A stretch of 64,000 nucleotides of DNA from a virus (lineage: Duplodnaviria; Caudoviricetes), in the IMG/VR virus record IMGVR_UViG_3300025000_000057; one strand, written 5' to 3'. The notes beneath the pieces were generated by a model, which saw only the letters and a program-made list of their open reading frames with translations, was not told where the DNA came from and did no database searches. Each line of letters starts with the position of its first letter. Position 1 is the first letter of the stretch. A program made the translations under genes and the position numbers. Positions 30,621-39,346 of this stretch are shown piece by piece.

Positions 30621-32312
30621 TTACCTTAGGTTACTCCGACTGGGAATACTTGACCAACCTCCCCTACCCTTAGTAGCCCGAGATCTTAACTTTCTAATCT
30701 CTATGTCTCTTGTAGGATCTATATTAGGGTTACAACTTTCTTTATACCCTTTCTCCAACATAGTAGTACGATCTTTAATGTCGCCATTCCTTGTATCAAG
30801 ATTATCAATTTTCTTAAATCCCCAACCAGCCTTTTGTTTAATCATGTCGTCATATTTCAAGGCAAAGCCAAGGAAACATAAATTCAAAGCGTCTACGATA
30901 TGTTCATTCTCATCGGTATACGTTGGCATACCGTTTGGAGATACATTCTTAATATAATAATTTTCAAGTTGGTCTACTAGTTTCCTATCCCAAGGGAAAG
31001 CTATATGCTGTTTCTCAAACTGGTTAACTGAGTAGTTAACCATAAAAGGCTTAACCGGTTTCTTAACAACCTTTCTGGTATGAGGATCTCGTACCTTAAC
31101 CTTTTCAGAGAAGGATACTCCAATAACTTTCTTAGAAAACTCTTTATTACCAGTACGAATACCATGTAAGTGTAATTGCTCTACCTGCATCTCACCCATA
31201 CCACGGTCAACAAAAATCCAGTCCCACCTAAACAGTTTGTCAGAATTGATAATAGCATTAACACCTAAGGTTAGGGTAAATTCATGTCTTGGTATTTCTT
31301 TTCTAAAGATAACCTTAAACATCCCAAGTGTCGTATCGAACTCAAGACCTACTAAATTTGGAGTCGCCTGAACCTTATCCCAGTCCACTCCAAGAATTCT
31401 TGGCCCGGCGGGAGCTGGCGGCAAGTTACGTTCATCATAATACTTAAGATTGAATATCTTACCAAGCTTAAGAGCCAGGTCGATAAAGCGTTTTTGGTAT
31501 ACACCAGCTTGTTCTTCACCGAACTCAGCCATAACCTCTTGCAGATAACGTAAATCGGTAAGTTCTTCTTTTAGATCTTCAAGATAACTTTGACCCGTAT
31601 CTGGGTTCATCTCAAGGAGTCGCTTATTAACGGTACTAGGTAAATGGAATGCTTTCCAACCTTTAATCTTACCAGTACACCACCGATAGAATGGCCCCCT
31701 CTTACCAGTAGGAGTCGAAGCTGCAAATATCTTAATACGTGCAGGATCTTCGTTAGCAATATTGATGATATTAGTAATATCGTTATCAGCCATGTAATCT
31801 ACTTCGTCCGTTACAAGAACGTCTGCATACTGACCTCTGGTACCAGCGGCTCCTGTATTTGACTTAGAACCGGCTGTCATACCTTTAATAGCGGTACCAT
31901 TCCAAAACTCGATTCTGTGATGGACTCGCCGTTTAACACTAGATAACACAGGAGATGCATCGATCAATTGATTAAGACGCTCGAAGATAAGATCTACCTG
32001 CTCTTCGAAAGGACATATTATCAGAATCTTATACTTGTCCTCATCTTCGCGAAGAGTTGGCGATCTGTTATACTGTGTAAAGGCATACCATAGAATCATA
32101 ATACAAAGTATTTCTGTTTTTCCTAGTCTGCGCCCTAGTCTAAATACGACCCTCTTATTATCACGAAGTCCATACATTAGGTCGGGCTGATAATCAAATG
32201 GTTTCCAGTTTAAGTAGATATCAGACCATTGAACCGGATCCATGATAACTTGTAGTTCGGCTGTCTCTTCAGGAGTTAATGTAGATTGGGGCGGCGCTAT
32301 TATTGTTGCCAT
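30621..32312 (-). CDS. terL: Terminase large subunit
   Basis: Walker A GRRLGKT, Walker B VLVTDEVDY, ASTP coupling motif, nuclease ILGVDWDK...DRG and EHIVDAL; uninterrupted. Confidence 0.92.
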   Translation of the reverse strand: MATIIAPPQSTLTPEETAELQVIMDPVQWSDIYLNWKPFDYQPDLMYGLRDNKRVVFRLGRRLGKTEILCIMILWYAFTQYNRSPTLREDEDKYKILIICPFEEQVDLIFERLNQLIDASPVLSSVKRRVHHRIEFWNGTAIKGMTAGSKSNTGAAGTRGQYADVLVTDEVDYMADNDITNIINIANEDPARIKIFAASTPTGKRGPFYRWCTGKIKGWKAFHLPSTVNKRLLEMNPDTGQSYLEDLKEELTDLRYLQEVMAEFGEEQAGVYQKRFIDLALKLGKIFNLKYYDERNLPPAPAGPRILGVDWDKVQATPNLVGLEFDTTLGMFKVIFRKEIPRHEFTLTLGVNAIINSDKLFRWDWIFVDRGMGEMQVEQLHLHGIRTGNKEFSKKVIGVSFSEKVKVRDPHTRKVVKKPVKPFMVNYSVNQFEKQHIAFPWDRKLVDQLENYYIKNVSPNGMPTYTDENEHIVDALNLCFLGFALKYDDMIKQKAGWGFKKIDNLDTRNGDIKDRTTMLEKGYKESCNPNIDPTRDIEIRKLRSRATKGRGGWSSIPSRSNLR

Positions 32313-32313
32313 A

Positions 32314-32760
32314 TTACCGCCCGCCTAGGTTATTCCTATTAATCATACGAGCTTCGTTACCAAGCACGTATCGAGCTGCCATGCCTGACTCATGAGCTTG
32401 CTGCATAGCACGTTGACGCATAGTTTGCCTAGTTGCCGTATCTGTAAAGCTATGACCAAATCCATGAGATGCGTGCATCTTCTTATCCTTACCTGCAAAA
32501 TAAGCTTCGGTACCAATGGCACCGATAGCACTAGCCATTTGATAACCCATTTGAGCTATCGCTACGGACGGTAAGAATTCCCATAATGCAAATGTACCGG
32601 CTGCGCCAAGAGCGGCTTTTCCGACAGAATCGCCTTCACTTCTACGCATCATATAATCAACACCGGAAAAAGCAGCATTCAATGCAAGTCCTGCGCCAAG
32701 TTGTCTGTTAGTAACCCTCCTGGCAGCATGCTTAACTATCGTTCCAATAACTCCGGCCAT
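32314..32760 (-). CDS. Gly/Ala-rich small protein (possible internal/ejected virion protein)
   Basis: Hydrophobic Gly/Ala helices; C-terminal TMRQRAM..A..SG..AR..LGNEAR. Confidence 0.65.
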   Translation of the reverse strand: MAGVIGTIVKHAARRVTNRQLGAGLALNAAFSGVDYMMRRSEGDSVGKAALGAAGTFALWEFLPSVAIAQMGYQMASAIGAIGTEAYFAGKDKKMHASHGFGHSFTDTATRQTMRQRAMQQAHESGMAARYVLGNEARMINRNNLGGR

Positions 32761-33389
32761 TAAAATCCACCACCCCTACTATTGTTAGATAGGGCTAAGG
32801 CTAAGTCTCCACCGCTACCATTTAACATATCATCGAGAGTCTCACCATTCCTATAGGCATAATCTAAAGTTGTAGGTATCTTCTTAGAATCCATGTTATA
32901 TAGTCCGGCTTTAGTCCTTTCAAGATTAGGTGTAGTTCCTGGATGAATACTACCAGCCATTCTTGATATACTCATATCACCTAAGAGTATATCAGCGCTT
33001 TGACCAGCTACACCATCACTTAAGCCTACTCCGACCGCTGCTATCGGGATTAAGTTAACAGCACCTACATGAGCAACATCTCTTGCTCTATTGGCAAGAC
33101 CTTTACCGGTACCTACTTCGCGCATCATTATTTCGCCAGCCTCGCCCAGTACCTTATCTGCCGCCTTAACGCCAGCCCAGGCTGTCTTACCAGCTCCTAT
33201 TGCAAAGCCTTTTGCAAACTGACCAGTTAGGTAATTCACTCCTGTTTTCTTACCTAACTGATACATGCCAGCAGTTCCTACAAAGGCACCTTTTGCAACT
33301 TTGGCAGTACCTTTAAGGGCGGTACCTAATAATCCCTCAAAGGCCATTAGTGGCAATCCTTTATTTAATACATTAGATATAAATGGCAT
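32760..33389 (-). CDS. Gly/Ala-rich protein (possible internal/ejected virion protein)
   Basis: Amphipathic GxxxG-rich helices; ends SGGDLALAL. Confidence 0.65.
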   Translation of the reverse strand: MPFISNVLNKGLPLMAFEGLLGTALKGTAKVAKGAFVGTAGMYQLGKKTGVNYLTGQFAKGFAIGAGKTAWAGVKAADKVLGEAGEIMMREVGTGKGLANRARDVAHVGAVNLIPIAAVGVGLSDGVAGQSADILLGDMSISRMAGSIHPGTTPNLERTKAGLYNMDSKKIPTTLDYAYRNGETLDDMLNGSGGDLALALSNNSRGGGF

Positions 33390-33407
33390 CGATTATCCCT
33401 CCTATTC

Positions 33408-33818
33408 TTAAAGGAAAGGAATGCCGGCAATATCAAAGTTACCTCTTTGATCACTAAATGGAGAACCTTCTCCGCCTAATGTTCTAAAAGTCGAACCTGC
33501 TAAGAAACTTGCACCAGCAGTAGCTCCTGCTCTAATCCCGGCTGTTGCATAATCAATCTTACCTTCTGCGTTACGTGGAGTGAAATACCGTGCAGGCCTA
33601 GCCGCCATATCGATACCCTTACTTAATCCATCACGACTATTGATAGCACTTAAAGCTTCGTTATAACCAGCAACATCTCCACTTTGTCTAGCTGCCTCCA
33701 TCTTAGTTCCCATCTGGCCGTATTTAATACCGGCCTTTTCAGCAGAGTTGGGAACAACTTTAGTTATAAGGTTATTAACAAAACCACCTATATCTTGGTT
33801 CGTTGGTATTCTAGGCAT
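33408..33818 (-). CDS. Gly/Ala-rich protein, C-terminal GNFDIAGIPFL
   Basis: C-terminus paralogous to 33832-34269; RBS GGAGGG. Confidence 0.7.
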   Translation of the reverse strand: MPRIPTNQDIGGFVNNLITKVVPNSAEKAGIKYGQMGTKMEAARQSGDVAGYNEALSAINSRDGLSKGIDMAARPARYFTPRNAEGKIDYATAGIRAGATAGASFLAGSTFRTLGGEGSPFSDQRGNFDIAGIPFL

Positions 33819-33831
33819 AGTTTATCCCTCC

Positions 33832-34269
33832 TTAAATAAATGGAATTCCTGCAATATCAAAGTTGCCATCACCATCGCGCGTAAGACCACCACTACCAAA
33901 CATTTTCCTACCAGCGGTAGCGGTGGCAACTCCCATACTTACATCAAAACCTACTCTCGAAGCCGACTTAAGATAATCAATACCTTGGCCATTAGCTTTG
34001 GGAGCTGCATAACCGCGCAACATTGAATGACCCATATCCAGTACATTTTCTGCAGTTTGTCTTACAATACCGGCCTCTGTCTGTCCTGCAGCTTGAGCGG
34101 CCGCTCTTTGTTCTGCTCGTTTCATCATAGGTCTGTGTGCAAACTCTGTACTTTTAGATGACGCTGGCATAATCCAGTCTAGAGCTTTTACCCATTTATT
34201 AGCGTCACCGTTTGCAAATATAGAACTTAATGGAGTAGAAGCGCTCAATACAGAACCTAAAGCTGGCAT
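33832..34269 (-). CDS. Gly/Ala-rich protein, C-terminal GNFDIAGIPFI
   Basis: C-terminus paralogous to 33408-33818; RBS AGGAGGTG. Confidence 0.7.
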   Translation of the reverse strand: MPALGSVLSASTPLSSIFANGDANKWVKALDWIMPASSKSTEFAHRPMMKRAEQRAAAQAAGQTEAGIVRQTAENVLDMGHSMLRGYAAPKANGQGIDYLKSASRVGFDVSMGVATATAGRKMFGSGGLTRDGDGNFDIAGIPFI

Positions 34270-34280
34270 AATAACACCTC

Positions 34281-35195
34281 CTATAAATCAAAATCTACTT
34301 GTGAATATTCAATTTCAAAGCACGGTTCATTATCTTCCTGTGGCAAAGAGGTATATGTGGGAGTTATACCGTCAGAACTACTCTCTTTTTCCGGTACCGA
34401 TTTTGATATTACTTCCTCAGGTTTATCATCTGATGTAACTACCGGAGTTACATCAATTGTTACCATTGGAAGAGGTTTTAATAAGCCTGCCTTTTGCAAT
34501 GCCAGAGCTCTAGATACTAAATCTACAGCCTTCTTACTGGCATCGTTAGTAGCCATATCTTTCTTCGCTTTATCGGAACGGGTAGAGTCAAGAAGTTTAA
34601 ATACCTTATAACGTTCATTTCTTAATTTCTCTTTCTGAACCCAGGCTAAATGAAGTTGAGGGTTATTATAAGGAACGCCCTGATTACTTATACCGGCTAT
34701 AACATCCTCTATAAAGTCACCATCAATGGCAATCTTATTATCGCACCGTAAGATCTGTATTTCGATATCGACCAGATCTCTAACCATACCCATATCTACC
34801 GCATCTTCTTCCCGATCTTTAATACTAAAGTGATTACAGTACATTTCAAACCGGTCAACAATCGTGGCGATCTCTATAGGGCAACGACCTTGTTTATTAG
34901 CTACTACATTTCTAACTGTAGAATCTATATAGCAAGATTCAGCATAAGGGCAATCTTCTCCTCTACAGATTATAGGCACTGCGGCCATGAGACCGTGTCT
35001 CGTGTTAGATACTGATACAGCAGTTTTAACAGCACTAATACTGACAGAATCTATACCCCAGAATGAAGGAAGGACTCCGAGGCCACTTGTAGTTGTAAGT
35101 ACACCATCGTCATTTAAGACGATCATATTGTTTATGTCTTTTAAAGACGGTGCTTTTAATGGTGCCGGAACTTGTTCCTTTTGCTCTTCACTCAT
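34281..35195 (-). CDS. Terminase small subunit candidate
   Basis: First gene of the late block, upstream of terL; ICRG.DCPY..SC...CPIE Zn motif, coiled-coil, acidic tail. Position-based call. Confidence 0.4.
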   Translation of the reverse strand: MSEEQKEQVPAPLKAPSLKDINNMIVLNDDGVLTTTSGLGVLPSFWGIDSVSISAVKTAVSVSNTRHGLMAAVPIICRGEDCPYAESCYIDSTVRNVVANKQGRCPIEIATIVDRFEMYCNHFSIKDREEDAVDMGMVRDLVDIEIQILRCDNKIAIDGDFIEDVIAGISNQGVPYNNPQLHLAWVQKEKLRNERYKVFKLLDSTRSDKAKKDMATNDASKKAVDLVSRALALQKAGLLKPLPMVTIDVTPVVTSDDKPEEVISKSVPEKESSSDGITPTYTSLPQEDNEPCFEIEYSQVDFDL

Positions 35196-35491
35196 TACTA
35201 TCTACTCCTTATCTAAAGTCAGACCTCCTCAGGCCCTCGCGCTTTACGTTCTCTATCAAACTTACCAGCTACTTCAAGATAAGGCTATCAGAAGATAATT
35301 ATCAGATATCTATCCTGACAGCCTAAACCCGTTGCCAAGCAAGCTCGATGTTTTTGTCACAGCAATACGCCGTCGACCCTACCATTTTCCTTTAACTTTA
35401 GATAGGTAATTTGTAACAGTATCTAAAGGTAGATATTACTTGGTTCTAAATAGATTGTGTAACCTCTCAGTATATATTTGTACAATGTAAC

Positions 35492-35520
35492 TTGTCAAAT
35501 GTAACATTAGGGTATATAAT
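35492..35520 (+). promoter_or_regulatory. sigmaA/sigma70-type promoter
   Basis: TTGTCA-N17-TATAAT upstream of RBS GAGGAGGAG and ATG 35558. Confidence 0.8.
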
Positions 35521-35557
35521 AGTGTCATCCAGAATGGAATACAGAGGAGGAGATGTA

Positions 35558-37150
35558 ATGAATGTACGTAGCTTGTTTACCATGCTTACATTAATCGTAC
35601 TACTAACAGTTCTAGGAGTCCCGGTAGAAGCGAGTGTAAGTGTAGAGAGAATGGCTGGTCAGGGGCCGGGGTACGTAGATGGCCCGGTAGAAGATGCCAA
35701 GTTTAGCATGGCAAGTTTAGTACTCTGGGATAAGAATGAAAAAGATGCATACGTCCTGGATGGAGTATCCCTAAGATATATAGCAGATGGTCAGGTTAAG
35801 ACCATAACAAGCCTGTGGCAGGCTACAGAACAACTCGCTCCGTACGGATTAGATGGAGAAGCTCGCATATGGAGTTTCAGGTATGGTAATATGGTCTGGG
35901 GTGGAGATAAGATATATCTCTCCGGGTTAATGTTTAAGAAAGATGTGAAGGGGCCACTCACGAATCTAACTCCAGAAAGTTCTAATTGGACTCGTGAAGG
36001 ATTCACCTATAACGTCTTCTTTGAAATAGACCCGGCGGCCGGAGATATTAAACTCTTACGGGCAGATAAAGCCTACTGCAACATAGCACCTAGAAACGGT
36101 AACTACATTCAAGGTATCTGGGATAAGCGCCCTGACCTTACCTTTAACGGTAGTAACGCACTTTACGTATATTACTTCTTCGTACCTGTCCCAAAGATTC
36201 AGCCGATGGGGGATTCGTTTCTCGTAGTCAAAAGTACTGACCCGGGTGAAGAAGATAATAATCAGCAGTTCTGGCTGGCCAAGTGGAACAAAGATGGTTC
36301 AGAAGAGATATTGTTTAACTTAAACAAGTTAGCACATAGATATCACGAGTGGGATCCTATTCCTAATACAAAACCTACATCGCCATTTGGTCTTATAGAT
36401 GTAATAGCCTTTCCGGGAGATGACACAATATATCTAACCGATGGTGTAAACTCTTCAGCGCTTAATATCTTTACAGGAGAGGTATCGGACTGGATATCAG
36501 ACAGATTTGTTCAAGACGGGGTTATGATGAAAGGTAAGATGAAAGACGGGTATATCTACTTCTTAGATAATACCGGTATCTGGACGGTTAGTCCCGGAGG
36601 TGCTACCACGAGACCGGTAGAGGCCAAGTATCTAGATTACTCAGGCAATATCTTTGGCTACGATATAAATAGTAAAGGCGAGATTATTGTCGCAAACTAC
36701 ACCAAAGGTACTATCGATATGTTCAAACTCTCCGACCTGGATGTTGTAAGAAGTCACTGGATCTACTTAAACAATAAACAAGTACGTCAAACCATATGGG
36801 GTAACGCCACACTGGTAGAAGAGTATAATGGCAAGGTGTATATAGGTATCAAAGCTATTACAGAACTCTTTACTACTCTCTCGATTAGTAGTAATCAAAG
36901 TACTCTTAAGATGTATCACAACTCCGGAAGAAGTATAACCATTTCCTTAACTCGTATAGAGCACGAACATAATACGAGTTATAAGGCGGAACTAGACGAA
37001 TTTATAGATGCCTATAATTCTATAAGCCCTCTTAAGATAGAAGGAAAATACCTAAACGACGACTTATATCTAAATACAACAGGAACTGAAAATAGCCATG
37101 ATAATAACGGAGCACCGGACATGATGTACGGCATACCTGTTTACGAATAG
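35558..37150 (+). CDS. Secreted beta-propeller (NHL-like) surface protein with Cu-amine-oxidase-N-like C-terminal region
   Basis: Signal peptide MNVRSLFTMLTLIVLLTVLGVPVEA; ERMAGQGPGYVDGPVEDAKF (NHL-type); NGKVYIGIKAITELF; true start ATG 35558 (the track start overlaps the -35). Confidence 0.6.
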   Translation: MNVRSLFTMLTLIVLLTVLGVPVEASVSVERMAGQGPGYVDGPVEDAKFSMASLVLWDKNEKDAYVLDGVSLRYIADGQVKTITSLWQATEQLAPYGLDGEARIWSFRYGNMVWGGDKIYLSGLMFKKDVKGPLTNLTPESSNWTREGFTYNVFFEIDPAAGDIKLLRADKAYCNIAPRNGNYIQGIWDKRPDLTFNGSNALYVYYFFVPVPKIQPMGDSFLVVKSTDPGEEDNNQQFWLAKWNKDGSEEILFNLNKLAHRYHEWDPIPNTKPTSPFGLIDVIAFPGDDTIYLTDGVNSSALNIFTGEVSDWISDRFVQDGVMMKGKMKDGYIYFLDNTGIWTVSPGGATTRPVEAKYLDYSGNIFGYDINSKGEIIVANYTKGTIDMFKLSDLDVVRSHWIYLNNKQVRQTIWGNATLVEEYNGKVYIGIKAITELFTTLSISSNQSTLKMYHNSGRSITISLTRIEHEHNTSYKAELDEFIDAYNSISPLKIEGKYLNDDLYLNTTGTENSHDNNGAPDMMYGIPVYE

Positions 37151-37160
37151 GAGTGATTAC

Positions 37161-37463
37161 GTGAGTGATATTAGAAGAGTAGTATCCGGCAACCTGATTA
37201 TTATCGATAAGATTAAAGAAGGCGGCAAGGATATTCAGTTCGAGATTAATGGTCTTGTCATTAATGATACGAACGGTGGTTTTTACTTAGGCGGTAAGAG
37301 TGGTCTGTGTTTACAAATCGACAATGAAGCTCTTAAAGATAACGCAGAAAAAGCAATGTTTCTACAAACCTGGGAAACTATCGGTGAAGAGATATATAAA
37401 GCGTTCACCAAGGGCTTAAATAGAAACGTAAGGAAACCAGAGAACAAGGAACAGGAGGTTTAA
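37161..37463 (+). CDS. Hypothetical protein
   Basis: RBS AGGAGTG, 100 aa. Confidence 0.7.
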   Translation: MSDIRRVVSGNLIIIDKIKEGGKDIQFEINGLVINDTNGGFYLGGKSGLCLQIDNEALKDNAEKAMFLQTWETIGEEIYKAFTKGLNRNVRKPENKEQEV

Positions 37464-37467
37464 CACG

Positions 37468-38409
37468 ATGCCATCAAACAATGATAAGAAAATAGATTAT
37501 AGTAAAGGCTTTAAAGTAAGTATTGGCGGCAAACCTATTGGCCGTATCCAGGATATAGAGATTAAAGACAAATCTACTTTACCCAGTGTCGATGTTGAAA
37601 GTATGAAGCTTGGCGATAAACCTTTTGAGCTAAGTGCGGGAATTCTTAATGCTAATAATATAGCTCTAGATAATTACGCTTTAAACTGTCTCATGAAAGA
37701 CGGTTTAGATCGCCCGATCGATCGACTAGCTCTTAACGGTATGACTGGAGTAAATTCTAATGATAATGTCTGGGAAAATGTAGATGTTGCTGAAAGTATC
37801 GACTCTTCTAAAGCCTGGACAAGAAAAGAGTATCCGGCGCCAACAAATATACTCCTTGGTGAAGATCATCCGCAATATAAAGAAATCCTGGATAAGGGAT
37901 TTCTTCAGGGGTTCAAAACTATGAGAGAATTGGTAAAGATGCTCTTCGAAGAATCTGTTAAGGATATTGATCATGCCGGAGAAGTAAAAGCTGCTTTCTT
38001 TAAGGTACTAGATACTATTTCGTTACCTAAGAAGCCGGAGATTAAAAGTGTATCAGAAGAGTCTGCAGTTGACTGGTTTGCCGATAAAGTAATGAAAGGT
38101 TTAGGCCTCTCTGCTGGTATAAATGTAACAATCGACCCGAATATGCCACCGGGAGTAATAGGAGTTGTAAATGACATGAAACTCGAAAGTATCTCACTTA
38201 TCAAAGAAGCTGTAGTACCGTGTGTTATATGCGGTAGTTCTACCGGCAAGTGTAAACACTTATCGAATTCCAAGTCTATCGATAAGATGCCGGATTTTAC
38301 ATTTCATAAGAATCCTTCCTGTGTGAAACAATCTTTGCAGGTTAAGGATGGAACTGGTCGTTCACTTGAGTTTGAGCAAATGGGAGATATCATAATCATC
38401 AAAGAATAG
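37468..38409 (+). CDS. Hypothetical protein (mosaic-looking; CxxC...C-H near C-terminus)
   Basis: RBS AGGAGG; 313 aa. Confidence 0.7.
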   Translation: MPSNNDKKIDYSKGFKVSIGGKPIGRIQDIEIKDKSTLPSVDVESMKLGDKPFELSAGILNANNIALDNYALNCLMKDGLDRPIDRLALNGMTGVNSNDNVWENVDVAESIDSSKAWTRKEYPAPTNILLGEDHPQYKEILDKGFLQGFKTMRELVKMLFEESVKDIDHAGEVKAAFFKVLDTISLPKKPEIKSVSEESAVDWFADKVMKGLGLSAGINVTIDPNMPPGVIGVVNDMKLESISLIKEAVVPCVICGSSTGKCKHLSNSKSIDKMPDFTFHKNPSCVKQSLQVKDGTGRSLEFEQMGDIIIIKE

Positions 38410-38416
38410 AAAGTCA

Positions 38417-38450
38417 TTCTCTACGGATACGTTTTCATATCCGTAGAGAA
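38417..38450. promoter_or_regulatory. 13-bp perfect intergenic hairpin without U-tract
   Basis: TTCTCTACGGATA-N8-TATCCGTAGAGAA just before RBS AAAGGAGG. Confidence 0.5.
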
Positions 38451-38470
38451 ATAATAAAGGAGGAATATCC

Positions 38471-38752
38471 ATGATGACAGAACAAACTGCAAGAGAAGAA
38501 ACTTTGCAAGACGAAATGAAAGCATTAGAGTATAATGTACAATCTCTAGAAAATACGGTATCAACTTTACAGAAGACTTTATCTGGTGTTATATCTTTAA
38601 ATGGAGATACCATTAAAGAGCTTAAAGCTCCCGAGCGTCTTCCGTCGATTCTTCATAGTTACAATGGGAGTATCGTTAGCTCTATACAATCGCTCAATAT
38701 TATGGTCGAACATCTCCAAGTTCAACTTGGAGAATATAAACTAATCTATTAA
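38471..38752 (+). CDS. Small coiled-coil hypothetical protein
   Basis: Heptad pattern; strong RBS. Confidence 0.7.
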   Translation: MMTEQTAREETLQDEMKALEYNVQSLENTVSTLQKTLSGVISLNGDTIKELKAPERLPSILHSYNGSIVSSIQSLNIMVEHLQVQLGEYKLIY

Positions 38753-38757
38753 CCGAG

Positions 38758-39303
38758 GTGATTTCGTTGAAACAGGTCTATTTAACCAGGTCTCGTGTCA
38801 GCGCTAATATTCCCCTTAAAGCGACTGGCGTTGCGGTAAGTATAGAAGAGATGAATAAGAAATTCGAGAATGTTAAAGGATTGCCCGTTAAAGACGCTTA
38901 TCAAGTTGGCTGGGGTCAATCCGATTCAGTGGCCCCGTCTGTAGGTACTATATTGGACAAGTTTATTACGCCTGACGGTCACACATGGTTAATATACGAG
39001 GTCGATTTAGAAAAGTTAAGTTACAAAGCTCGTAGAGATATCACAACCCGTAAAGCTGGCGCTTTTGCTGCCTTTGAATACTCAAGTGAAGAAGGCTATA
39101 AAGATGTAATGTATGCTATTATCTATCAAAGAGAACCAGACAGGTATCCCTGGGAGGCGGAAAATACAACCCATGTTTGCCTAACAGGAATCAAAGATGA
39201 TGAATTAGAAATGCTTCGTCAAGTATTCGATCCTCAATCAATGGAATGTATAGCTCTTTACGTAACAAAGCAGAATCAACCTAACGTAGCGATCGTTTCT
39301 TAG
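38758..39303 (+). CDS. Hypothetical protein
   Basis: 181 aa; likely start TTG at 38767 after GAGGTG. Confidence 0.7.
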   Translation: MISLKQVYLTRSRVSANIPLKATGVAVSIEEMNKKFENVKGLPVKDAYQVGWGQSDSVAPSVGTILDKFITPDGHTWLIYEVDLEKLSYKARRDITTRKAGAFAAFEYSSEEGYKDVMYAIIYQREPDRYPWEAENTTHVCLTGIKDDELEMLRQVFDPQSMECIALYVTKQNQPNVAIVS

Positions 39304-39346
39304 TGATACTACACTAAGAAACGATCCTTAAGGAAGTGATACCAAC

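Noticed and set aside
18735-32312. Introns or inteins in terL, portal or capsid
   Set aside because: The ORFs are continuous and of normal size, with no intein (C...HN) or homing endonuclease motifs seen.
1543-34611. Many plus-strand ORFs of 60-150 aa in the track (e.g. 2163-2558, 4273-4692, 12654-12962, 18477-18935)
   Set aside because: They lie antisense inside long, motif-bearing minus-strand virion genes and lack RBSs; these are shadow ORFs.
35200-35400. Possible small minus-strand ORF upstream of the terS candidate
   Set aside because: Only a 20-codon ORF (MVGSTAYCC...) was found; other frames are closed by stops, so support is insufficient.
35492-35557. N-terminal 22-aa extension of the secreted protein given in the track
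   Set aside because: The TTG is the promoter -35 box; the ATG at 35558 has the RBS and yields a canonical signal peptide.
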